Source: an uncultured archaeon
GTDB taxonomy: Archaea > Thermoproteota > Nitrososphaeria > Nitrososphaerales > Gagatemarchaeaceae
Length of the DNA stretch: 64,000 bases
Reading direction: 5' to 3'
Assembly (NCBI GenBank): GCA_963799775.1
Contig: CAWCYD010000003.1
Coordinates: forward strand, 1,184,001-1,248,000
Positions 42,701-50,496 of this stretch are shown here, one piece after another. Made by a program: the position numbers and the translations under genes. Under the pieces are notes generated by a model. That model was not told where the DNA came from. It did not search any database and was given only the letters and a program-made list of their open reading frames with translations. Within the stretch, counting starts at the first letter, position 1. Every line of letters begins with the position of its first letter.

Positions 42701-43012
42701 CTAAGGCTTCTTTATCCAGACCGCCGAATCCTCGACTTTGACCTGAAAGGTCGGCTCGGGCTTTTGTGCCGGACCAGCTACCACTTCCCCAGTCTTCATG
42801 TCGAACTTAGATCCGTGCCACGGGCATTGGATCACGGAACCTGTGAGCTTTCCCCTTCCAAGAGGCCCGCCCACGTGCGTGCATTTGTTCGCAACGGCAT
42901 ACATTTCGCCCTCTAGGTTGGCGACCACTACATCTATGCCGCTCACCTTCACCACCTTCATGGAGCCCACGGGAACTTCGGATGCTTTGGCGACCTCCTC
43001 GAACCCTTCCAT
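42701..43012 (-). CDS. Rieske [2Fe-2S] ferredoxin
   Basis: CTHVG ... CPWHGS. Confidence 0.92.
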   Translation of the reverse strand: MEGFEEVAKASEVPVGSMKVVKVSGIDVVVANLEGEMYAVANKCTHVGGPLGRGKLTGSVIQCPWHGSKFDMKTGEVVAGPAQKPEPTFQVKVEDSAVWIKKP

Positions 43013-43112
43013 AACCTTCTTGCCATCCCGAGGATAGGTCGCCCGAGTAATTCTGCTTTTCCATCTGCTTGCCCGGTCGAATGCACGACGGAGGGTGAAA
43101 TACTAGGTGTTT

Positions 43113-43158
43113 TGGCGGGCCCGACAGGGCCCACCCCTGAATAGATTCTCAATGTGGA
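43113..43158 (-). repeat. att-like copy plus arm A
   Basis: TGGCGGGCCCGACAGG + GCCCACCCCTGAATAGATTCTCAATGTGGA. Confidence 0.9.
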
Positions 43159-43310
43159 GTCCCGGGCTCCACGCGGCGGGCAAGCCGTCAAGTCGCCGCA
43201 TCAAAATGACTACAAACTCGGCCATGGAATCGGCTCTCTCAAACGCCCGAGAAGCTTCTTCGATTGGCCGACTCTGAATTTCCAACCTTAGATGAGACGG
43301 GGATGTCGGC

Positions 43311-44357
43311 TCAGACTTTAGGAAGACTAGCGAAGCGCGACCGCTGGTAGCCTGCGAACACACCCTCGACCCCGGTCAAGACCACCATCACCCTGACCCT
43401 TCCGTGCATGTTCTCTTCGACCCTAGCACCCCAGACGATCTTCACTCCTGGTCGGAGAGCTGTCGTTATCCTCTCGCCCGCGGCTATGACCTCCTCAAGC
43501 CTTAGGTCGCTTCCCCCCGTTACGTGCACTAGCACTCCATACGACTTCGACGCATCGCGCAAGTCCAGGAGCCTACTTTCTATTGCCTTCATAGCCGCTT
43601 TCTCGACTCTTCCCTTACCAGAAGATTCGCTTACACCTATAGCGGCCAGCCCTCTTCGCTCCATTATCTCCTTCAGGTCCGAGTAGCTGATGTTGATGAG
43701 AGAAGCCGTGGTAATGGTCTCAGTGATGCCTTTCACAAATAGGCCGACCAGGTCGCTTGCTACTCCGAGCGCCTGCTCGAGAGGTAAATTACCTGCGACT
43801 TTGGAGAGCCTGTTATTGTCGATCGCGACCACCGTGTCGCAATACTCGCGAAGCTTCTCGAGACCCTTCCTGGCTTTTTTGTACCTGTATCTCTCAAAAG
43901 AGAAGGGAAGCGTGACGACGCCGATTTTCAGGATGCCTTCTCCTGGGAGCGCCTTCGCGAGCACGTTTATCGCGCCAGTACCAGTCCCTCCCCCCAAACC
44001 CGCACATAGGATGAGTATGCTCGACCCAGCAACCGCCTTTCTCAACTCCTGAAGACTCTCGTACGCCGCCTTTTCACCCACATCAGGGTATCCACCGGCA
44101 CCTTGACCGTGAGTGAGCTTCTCACCGATGAGAATCCTCCTGTCGGCTCTTGTCACGCTCAGGTGGACTGCGTCGGTGTTCGCGGCAATGAGTTTGCCTC
44201 CAGCCATGCCCTTCTCCTTTAACCAAGAAACAATGTTGCTACCGGCTCCACCCAAGCCAACGACGCAAACCTTGGGACGTGCGGCCATCATAGCCGCTAC
44301 TATCCTATCATCTTCCGACAAATCGTCGGATGCTGGATCTCCCTCCATAACATTCAC
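43311..44357 (-). CDS. ftsZ: FtsZ/tubulin-family GTPase
   Basis: VVGLGGAGSN, ANTD, GLGGGTGTG signature, TLPFSFE, DNNRL, WGAR, VVLTGV. Confidence 0.92.
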   Translation of the reverse strand: MNVMEGDPASDDLSEDDRIVAAMMAARPKVCVVGLGGAGSNIVSWLKEKGMAGGKLIAANTDAVHLSVTRADRRILIGEKLTHGQGAGGYPDVGEKAAYESLQELRKAVAGSSILILCAGLGGGTGTGAINVLAKALPGEGILKIGVVTLPFSFERYRYKKARKGLEKLREYCDTVVAIDNNRLSKVAGNLPLEQALGVASDLVGLFVKGITETITTASLINISYSDLKEIMERRGLAAIGVSESSGKGRVEKAAMKAIESRLLDLRDASKSYGVLVHVTGGSDLRLEEVIAAGERITTALRPGVKIVWGARVEENMHGRVRVMVVLTGVEGVFAGYQRSRFASLPKV

Positions 44358-44518
44358 GTCTTTCGAGTATCATTCATAAAGAATAAGCAATGTGCACGAT
44401 GTAAACGAAGCTGAAGTCTGTCCATCAATTCAGGTCATAGCCAGCTCCTTTCGGTCAGCTTGAGGTTCGAACCCAGCAGAGAGAGTTCGAGAGCAACGAA
44501 GGGTTTGGACTCGAACGG

Positions 44519-44556
44519 TGGCGGGCCCGGCAGGATGCGATTAGATAATTAAGCGA
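44519..44556 (-). repeat. att-like copy plus arm C
   Basis: TGGCGGGCCCGGCAGGAT, with TAATTAAGCGA 27 nt from core start. Confidence 0.92.
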
Positions 44557-44895
44557 ATCCGAGGCTGAGCAATTCGAGTCTCAAATTCGCTGCGACCGCA
44601 CCTAACTCTCTCTTTTCAGTAGGCGCAGCCTACCTTGAGAAATCGACCTTAGGACTCCAGGAGACCCCTGAAAGAGATCTAACCGCCGCAAGAAATTTTA
44701 GGGGAGAATCACTGCAGCTAGAGTTGGACTTCCGCTTCGCCGCCTACGGCTCAAGGCATCCTAGTTCGGGGAAACCGAACTGCTAAGTGTGGCAAGTGAA
44801 AGGTAGTATTTGCAGTCAAGACCAAATTCACATTCACAGGGGCAAAGAGAGCGCACATTTTGTATCTCGCTCTGCTCAGCACTCGAGCCCTGACG

Positions 44896-45189
44896 CTAGA
44901 CTTGAGGCTCGATTTCCGCTTCCTTGACGAAGCTCTGGGCCTTCAGGGTCTTCAGAAGCTCCTCTGGAGTCACCTTTGCGTTGGCCATTTCCAGATAGAA
45001 GAGGTCGTACCCCGTCTTCTTGTCGTCCGAGCACTCGATTCCTCCCGCGAGAATATCGATGTTCCTCTCGCCCAATATCATGGCAATCTTGGCAAGAATC
45101 GAAGGGCGAGATTCGACCGTGAGGTAGAGGTCGAAGACCTTTTCGCCGGGGGGCGATACTACCCTCATCGACCTTAGCCGCTCCGACAT
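44896..45189 (-). CDS. ACT-domain protein
   Basis: VESRPSILAKIAMILGERNIDI. Confidence 0.8.
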   Translation of the reverse strand: MSERLRSMRVVSPPGEKVFDLYLTVESRPSILAKIAMILGERNIDILAGGIECSDDKKTGYDLFYLEMANAKVTPEELLKTLKAQSFVKEAEIEPQV

Positions 45190-45276
45190 AAATCGGACTT
45201 GCCCATGGTAGGATTTAAGGGGAGCGGCTGCGAGATTGCGAATCCGGCTTTGACAGTCTAATTGAGCGTGAAAAGT

Positions 45277-45322
45277 TGGCGGGCCCGGCAGGGCCCGCGC
45301 CTGAACAGGTTCTGAAAGTGGA
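45277..45322 (-). repeat. att-like copy plus arm A
   Basis: TGGCGGGCCCGGCAGG + GCCCGCGCCTGAACAGGTTCTGAAAGTGGA. Confidence 0.93.
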
Positions 45323-45324
45323 TT

Positions 45325-45702
45325 TCACTTTCCAATCTCTTTCTGCAGTAGCTCGGCCTGGCGCTTGTCGAACGTAGCGAGGTCTGAGGTTAGCTCTAGC
45401 GCTAGAGCGATGAATATCGCGTCGTATATCGAGCGGTGGCTCTTGGCCGCCAGAGAGTATCCATGCTTCATCAGTTCTTCCCCAGGACGAATCACCCGAA
45501 TTCTTCCCGATTCTACCAACCCATAGAGTATGGACACGTAGGGTACCCCGTCGCCCAGATCTTTTATCAGGAATTGATGCTTCCACACTGCGTTGACCGC
45601 TTCATACAGGGCCAAGTCGACCGTAATCAGAATGTCCTCTTCAAGCAGTTCCTTGCGCCTAAGAAGCCCCTCGACTATGTAGCTGCTGTCCGCAACCTTC
45701 AA
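45325..45702 (-). CDS. vapC: VapC PIN-domain toxin
   Basis: VADSS, LYEAVNAVWK, IYDAIFIALA, LATFD. Confidence 0.9.
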   Translation of the reverse strand: MKVADSSYIVEGLLRRKELLEEDILITVDLALYEAVNAVWKHQFLIKDLGDGVPYVSILYGLVESGRIRVIRPGEELMKHGYSLAAKSHRSIYDAIFIALALELTSDLATFDKRQAELLQKEIGK

Positions 45703-45917
45703 CGTCTTCTGTCCTCGTTAATTCGCCTGACTTCTTCGGCGGTCGTCGTCCTAATCTCGTTACTCCGTTGGAGCTTCTCTAGCTTTCCGATGAGCTCGTC
45801 AGACTTCCTCGTGCTCAAGTAGAGTTCGAGCGCCTCTCTGACCGACTTTGAAAGCGCTCCGTGTTTGAGGAGCCTCTTCTTTTCTTCATCTGAAACCCGG
45901 ACGGTAATGGTAGGCAT
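45699..45917 (-). CDS. vapB: VapB-type RHH/CopG antitoxin
   Basis: MPTITVRVSDEEKKRL...VREAL...IRRINEDR; 4-bp overlap with vapC. Confidence 0.85.
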   Translation of the reverse strand: MPTITVRVSDEEKKRLLKHGALSKSVREALELYLSTRKSDELIGKLEKLQRSNEIRTTTAEEVRRINEDRRR

Positions 45918-45953
45918 GTCTTACTCTGCGTAAGACACTGTGTCTTAAGTTTT
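45917..45953 (-). promoter_or_regulatory. vapBC promoter with overlapping palindromic operators
   Basis: TGTCTTAC-N5-GTAAGACA and TAAGACAC-T-GTGTCTTA; minus-strand AAAAACTTAAG abuts att core. Confidence 0.7.
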
Positions 45954-46065
45954 TGGCGGGCCCGGCAGTTTCCGCACCAAAAATGGTGCTAGAAATGGTT
46001 CCGTTTCGCGGGTTCATGCCTCAATGGATTCGAACTCCCGAGGAGTCGGCTTGTCTCGCTCATTC
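45954..46065 (-). repeat. att-like copy plus 97-bp arm B
   Basis: TGGCGGGCCCGGCAG; arm matches 53510-53606 at 88/97. Confidence 0.93.
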
Positions 46066-46097
46066 ATGCTTTCGCTCGAATCGATGTCAGGAAGCTC

Positions 46098-46379
46098 CTA
46101 TGCGTCAGGAAAGAATCTCCTCATGAACGCCATTATCTCTTCGCTCTGCCTCGGGTTGAGCGAGACCTGTAGACCGTAGGATGTCGGCTTGGGAACTACT
46201 GCACCCTGACGGACCAGCTGCTTCGCCATCTGCTCCACACGCTTCAGTCCGTGCTTTCCGAGTTCTGATTCCTTCCATCCTTTCTTGAGGTTATCGAGAG
46301 CTGTATGACTTGCTCCCCAGTTTCCTCTTTTGTGGAGCTTGAACAGGAGTGTCGCCTTGATATCATCGTCAGAAAGCAT
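46098..46379 (-). CDS. Small winged-helix-like hypothetical protein
   Basis: WGASHT..NL.KG, KQLVRQG.V.PKPTSYGLQVSLNP. Confidence 0.7.
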   Translation of the reverse strand: MLSDDDIKATLLFKLHKRGNWGASHTALDNLKKGWKESELGKHGLKRVEQMAKQLVRQGAVVPKPTSYGLQVSLNPRQSEEIMAFMRRFFPDA

Positions 46380-46449
46380 AAGTTCACTTATGATACTTCG
46401 AAGGTTCTTATTTAAATACTCGCCAGGTTAGTTAGTTACAGGGAGAAAA

Positions 46450-46794
46450 ATGACATACAAGCCTGACGAGACATTGTTGTTGAAATACCTTGGAGCGAGC
46501 CCAACGCTTCGAATCATTGATTTTTTCCTGGACAACCCACTCTCTGACTACTCGAAGAACGAGATCGCGAAGAATCTGGCGATGAGCCGTGTGACGTTTT
46601 TCAAGTACTGGAAGCAGTTGGCGAAGTCCGGGGCTGTTAAGCCAACGAGAGAGATCGGAAGGGCAACTTTGTACAAGCTGGACAAGGAGAACGACGTGGT
46701 GAAGCAGACGATCAAGCTCGATATGACGCTTGCCAGAAAGTCGATGGAAAAAGCGGCCGAAGAATACAAGAAACCGATAACTATGCGAAGCTGA
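46450..46794 (+). CDS. Winged-HTH transcription regulator
   Basis: LRIIDFFLDN...YSKNEIA...SRVTF...TREIGRATLYKL. Confidence 0.82.
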   Translation: MTYKPDETLLLKYLGASPTLRIIDFFLDNPLSDYSKNEIAKNLAMSRVTFFKYWKQLAKSGAVKPTREIGRATLYKLDKENDVVKQTIKLDMTLARKSMEKAAEEYKKPITMRS

Positions 46795-46891
46795 ATTCAT
46801 ACCCTTTTTGCATCTCTTTCATTCCGTCCAGACCTCCTTTCCCTCTCGCGAGAGAACGACACGAAATCCAATCAGGCTGAGAATATACTAT

Positions 46892-46925
46892 TGGGCCGGA
46901 AGGGATTCGACCCCTTGACCTGCCG
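46892..46925 (-). repeat. 3' half of a different tRNA (Ile/Met-like), att remnant
   Basis: Reverse complement CGGCAGGTCAAGGGGTCGAATCCCTTCCGGCCCA: variable loop, T-arm, acceptor strand; no 5' half. Confidence 0.75.
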
Positions 46926-47010
46926 AGAAATCTAGGTAATCGCGGGCATCCGGCTAGATAGAGCGTGTTTCAACCCCTAATGAGCGCATGCAGTCTACTT
47001 CCAGGTAGTT

Positions 47011-47094
47011 TGGCGGGCCCGGCAGGATTTGATGCAAAAATGGCGCCAGAAAGGGTTCCATTTCGCGGGTTCATGCCTCGATGGTTTCGAACCC
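47011..47094 (-). repeat. att-like copy plus diverged arm B
   Basis: TGGCGGGCCCGGCAGGATTTGA (21/22 to tRNA) then GGTTCCATTTCGCGGGTTCATGCCTCGATGG. Confidence 0.94.
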
Positions 47095-47125
47095 GTGTTG
47101 GCTAGTGAATCCCTGAGCAGAGATG

Positions 47126-47578
47126 CTACAAAGCGTTGACTTGAAGGGGCTGAAGATGGGAGCTTCGACCGAATTTCGTTGCTAAGGTCTGACGAACCTT
47201 TCCTAGCCAAGCAGGAGATTGTTTGTATTTGCAGGATTGCAGGTTGTGCAGCCTGGCGAAGACCAAATATACGAAAGTCATCGTGCCCTTTCCTCCGGGA
47301 GCGCCGGTCATCATCATTGAAAAGACGGGCCCGGCCGGGAACAGACTAATCAGTTCTGGGAGCGCATTGGCTCCGCTGAGAACTTTTCTGTCTGGGAGCA
47401 CAATATGAAAGGACCGGTATCGGAGATTGCGGGGCACTGCGTCTAGCAATCCTGATGCATCAGCTATGTCCAGCGGGACAAAATCGACCTTCCGGCGAAT
47501 GTCTAAGATGGCCACGACCTGCTTGAACTTCGCACAGGGCCCGCAATCCGCGTCATAGGCCATGACATACCTGGACAA
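47126..47578 (-). CDS. DCC1-like thiol-disulfide oxidoreductase (DUF393)
   Basis: YDADCGPC, SFHIV, SGANAL. Confidence 0.82.
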   Translation of the reverse strand: MSRYVMAYDADCGPCAKFKQVVAILDIRRKVDFVPLDIADASGLLDAVPRNLRYRSFHIVLPDRKVLSGANALPELISLFPAGPVFSMMMTGAPGGKGTMTFVYLVFARLHNLQSCKYKQSPAWLGKVRQTLATKFGRSSHLQPLQVNAL

Positions 47579-47872
47579 GCAATTTCGCCTGCCAATTATT
47601 CTGACGACGGTCACATAAAAATATGCCCCGAGCCTGGATGGTTCAGGGACTGAGGGAGTCCCAGGCGCCCGAATCTCGGCAGCGCAGTAGAGGCTCCTTT
47701 CACGGCACTTTGTTCCCAAAGGCCTCTGTCAAAGCTTGAGGTCCCTCCTGCGGCCTCTCAAGGGTCGGGGCCTAAATCGAACTCAGACAATTGGGTACGC
47801 GGCTAGTGGAAAAAACGGTTAGACCATAATTCCGCCTCATTCTGACACAATACGCTCAAACGTGGCTATTGT

Positions 47873-47894
47873 TAGCGGGCCCGGCACGGCCCGC
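47873..47894 (-). repeat. att-like copy
   Basis: TAGCGGGCCCGGCA followed by CGGCCCGC (hairpin). Confidence 0.85.
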
Positions 47895-47923
47895 CACGCA
47901 TGGGTAGCAAATCCGGCTCGCAT

Positions 47924-48631
47924 TCAAGCGTTTAGTTTTGCAATTTCGCCGTCCCAAGTTGCGGTGAGAACCCCCTCTCTGCTCAAGTAAAACACTATGC
48001 CGTCCAGATATGGTATCCACTTGGTCTCCTTGAATCGTCCGCCAAAGATGGTCTCTATCAGGACTATCAGCCCGTAATCGTGCCCCACCCACAGCCGCAG
48101 GAGCGGGGCTTGACGGGCCTTCAAGTCCTTGCTAACGCTGCTTACGACGAACTGCTTTACCTCCGAAGGGGGTTTCATCATCCCGAAAGGAAGGCTCCCG
48201 TCCAGCCATTCTCTAAGGAATGGCAGTCCTCCCACCTTTCCCCTATGCGACTCCATCGCATTTCTGTCCTTGGCGAAAAAATGGGTCACGGCCAAGGAAT
48301 CGTCTATTCCAATGTCTGATATGGTACCAGAATTCATCTGTGAGTAGCCATTCATGATGCCGGTCCCAGTCTCTACGCAGCGGGGGACGGGACTATAGCC
48401 TACGACGAGGTTCAAACCTCTAGGGAGCGACTGGCCGAATCTCTTCGATTCGCTGTGCCCGTGAGGAGTCAACCCTGCGACCATATTCGGATTGGCGACC
48501 TCGCCTCTTCGACCTTGATCCCTAACGGAATGTCTGAGGATGATCCCCATCCGATCGGACTCCATGGAATTGATAACGTCAATCAGTCGGTCTCCGTAAG
48601 GGATTTCTTCGGCGGGCCTCTCAGGTTCCAA
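47924..48631 (-). CDS. Histidine phosphatase family protein
   Basis: ILRHS, LTPHG, SPVPRCVET, VGHD. Confidence 0.85.
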   Translation of the reverse strand: MEPERPAEEIPYGDRLIDVINSMESDRMGIILRHSVRDQGRRGEVANPNMVAGLTPHGHSESKRFGQSLPRGLNLVVGYSPVPRCVETGTGIMNGYSQMNSGTISDIGIDDSLAVTHFFAKDRNAMESHRGKVGGLPFLREWLDGSLPFGMMKPPSEVKQFVVSSVSKDLKARQAPLLRLWVGHDYGLIVLIETIFGGRFKETKWIPYLDGIVFYLSREGVLTATWDGEIAKLNA

Positions 48632-48724
48632 CTCTCAAACGTCCGATAGGGCATGAATATGAACCATGTTCAATTTCCTATCCCATGCCCAAGAGGTTCG
48701 AATCCATTTCTGGGGAAGTTTTGG

Positions 48725-48762
48725 TGGCGGGCCCGGCAGGATTTGCTTAACTAATTAAGCGA
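48725..48762 (-). repeat. att-like copy plus arm C
   Basis: TGGCGGGCCCGGCAGGATTTG, with TAATTAAGCGA 27 nt from core start. Confidence 0.94.
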
Positions 48763-48796
48763 CACCTTGATCTCGGTGTTTCGATTCCCCGAGAAA

Positions 48797-48970
48797 TCAA
48801 TCATTGGAGCGAACAGAATGTTGGCCCAACCTTACCAGAATCAAGAGGCAAGAAATGAAGCCGCATCCTAGTATCACGACGACCGATTCAGACGCGGTCC
48901 CGTTGAGCTCTATCGACGTTGCGACCATCGTGAAAGCCCAAACCAACGAAATGGCAACGTTTGCGGTCAT
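48797..48970 (-). CDS. 57-aa two-TM membrane protein; missing from ORF track
   Basis: Manual translation MTANVAISLVWAFTMVATSIELNGTASESVVVILGCGFISCLLILVRLGQHSVRSND*. Confidence 0.45.
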   Translation of the reverse strand: MTANVAISLVWAFTMVATSIELNGTASESVVVILGCGFISCLLILVRLGQHSVRSND

Positions 48971-49201
48971 GAACCTAGTGGGGATGCCGCTGTTCTTCGA
49001 CCCGGTCTCTGAGCGACTCGCGGGGTTCTTGGGCCGACGAGCCTTAGGCTAAAAGTTAGCGTCAATCGCGGCAACGCTCGAACAAAGTCAGACCGACCAA
49101 AACAGGTCGTTCAAATCTCTGCGACCGCACACCAATCACATCAGACGGCCGGAATCCTCGAAATCCTCTTTGGGAACCGATTCTCCGAGGGCGGACCGCG
49201 G

Positions 49202-50374
49202 ATGAAGCGAAAAGGAGTCTGCTACGATGTAGGGCGGGTCATGCTTGGGGCCGATTGGCGACCTAAATTCGACCCTCGAGCCGTCCACCGGGAACTCGAA
49301 ATCATCAAGACCGACATGCACTGCAATGCCGTTAGAATATGCGGCCTCGACATCGATAGGCTCATGACCGCGAGTGAGGACGCCCTGTCACAAGGGCTGG
49401 AGGTCTGGCTATCTCCCGAGATGTGGGACAAAAGCCAGGATGAGACCTGCGAATACATCGCGAGGGCGGCGGAGCGGGCGGAGGGGCTCCGTCAACGGTG
49501 GCCCGGAAAGCTGGTCTTCAGTGTGGGCTCCGAGCTGAGCCTCTTCTCTCAGGGGATGATCGAGGGCAAAAACGTCTTTGACCGGATATCCCGTTCCTCG
49601 TTCTTTAGCGATATATCGGCCGGGACGTACAACGGCCCGCTCAATCTGTACCTGTCGAATCTGAGCGAGGCCGCGAAGAAGTCGTTCCGTGGGCCGCTCA
49701 CCTACTTCTCCTTGCCGTTCGAAGCTGTCGACTGGAAACCGTTCGATTTCGTCGGGGTAGACCATTACAGGGACGCGCAGAACAAAGTCGCCTATGGTCG
49801 GATGATAAGCAAGTACAACGCATTCGGCAAGCCTGTGATTGTAGGGGAGTTCGGGTGCTGCACTTTCCGGGGCGCGGAGCTGCTCGGAGGAAACGGCTTC
49901 ATGATAACCTTCGGGATGATTGAAGGCCTCCTCGGGCCAAACCAGAAGCTTCCCAAGATGTTCTTGGACATGGCGCATGTCCCGCCCCGAGCCGACGGGC
50001 ACTACATCCGTGACGAGGAGCTCCAGGCACGCGAGCTGGTCGATCAGCTGGGGGTGCTCGACGCAGCGGGGGTTGAGGGCGCGTTCGTGCAAACCTTCGT
50101 GGTTCCTAACTCCCCGTACCGCTCGGACCCCAGGTACGACACCGACATGGCGAACTTTAGCCTGGTGAAGAGCTTCCAGGAGGCAGAAACGGCGGAAGAG
50201 TTCAGGAGACAGACCATCCGTGGGGCCAGGGAAGTGATTGGGGTGGACCTCGACCCCCGCGTTCTGGATGGTTTTTCAGGTCGAATGGGCGAGCATGGAG
50301 TGACATATCCGGATCTGCCGTGGGAGCCGAAGGAGTCTTTCAGGGCGGTAGCGGAGTATTATGCGAAACATTAG
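49202..50374 (+). CDS. Glycoside-hydrolase-like TIM-barrel protein (actinobacterial-type family)
   Basis: KGVCYDVG, HCNAVRI, GLEVWLSP, VGSEL, GKPVIVGEFGC, WEPKESF. Confidence 0.75.
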   Translation: MKRKGVCYDVGRVMLGADWRPKFDPRAVHRELEIIKTDMHCNAVRICGLDIDRLMTASEDALSQGLEVWLSPEMWDKSQDETCEYIARAAERAEGLRQRWPGKLVFSVGSELSLFSQGMIEGKNVFDRISRSSFFSDISAGTYNGPLNLYLSNLSEAAKKSFRGPLTYFSLPFEAVDWKPFDFVGVDHYRDAQNKVAYGRMISKYNAFGKPVIVGEFGCCTFRGAELLGGNGFMITFGMIEGLLGPNQKLPKMFLDMAHVPPRADGHYIRDEELQARELVDQLGVLDAAGVEGAFVQTFVVPNSPYRSDPRYDTDMANFSLVKSFQEAETAEEFRRQTIRGAREVIGVDLDPRVLDGFSGRMGEHGVTYPDLPWEPKESFRAVAEYYAKH

Positions 50375-50496
50375 GAAAAAATAACTTCGTGTTGAATCCT
50401 GTTGGAACCCGACGCAATCTGAACTTAAAGTTCAAGTTGCTGCCACCGCACAGTTCGAATTCAACAGACCGCGTTTCGGAGGATTCGCTTAGTGAT

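Noticed and set aside
44600-44890. Integrase remnant in the ORF-free part of the ACT cassette
   Set aside because: No recognisable tyrosine-recombinase R-H-R-Y motifs by eye; a tBLASTn/HMM search is needed to exclude it fully.
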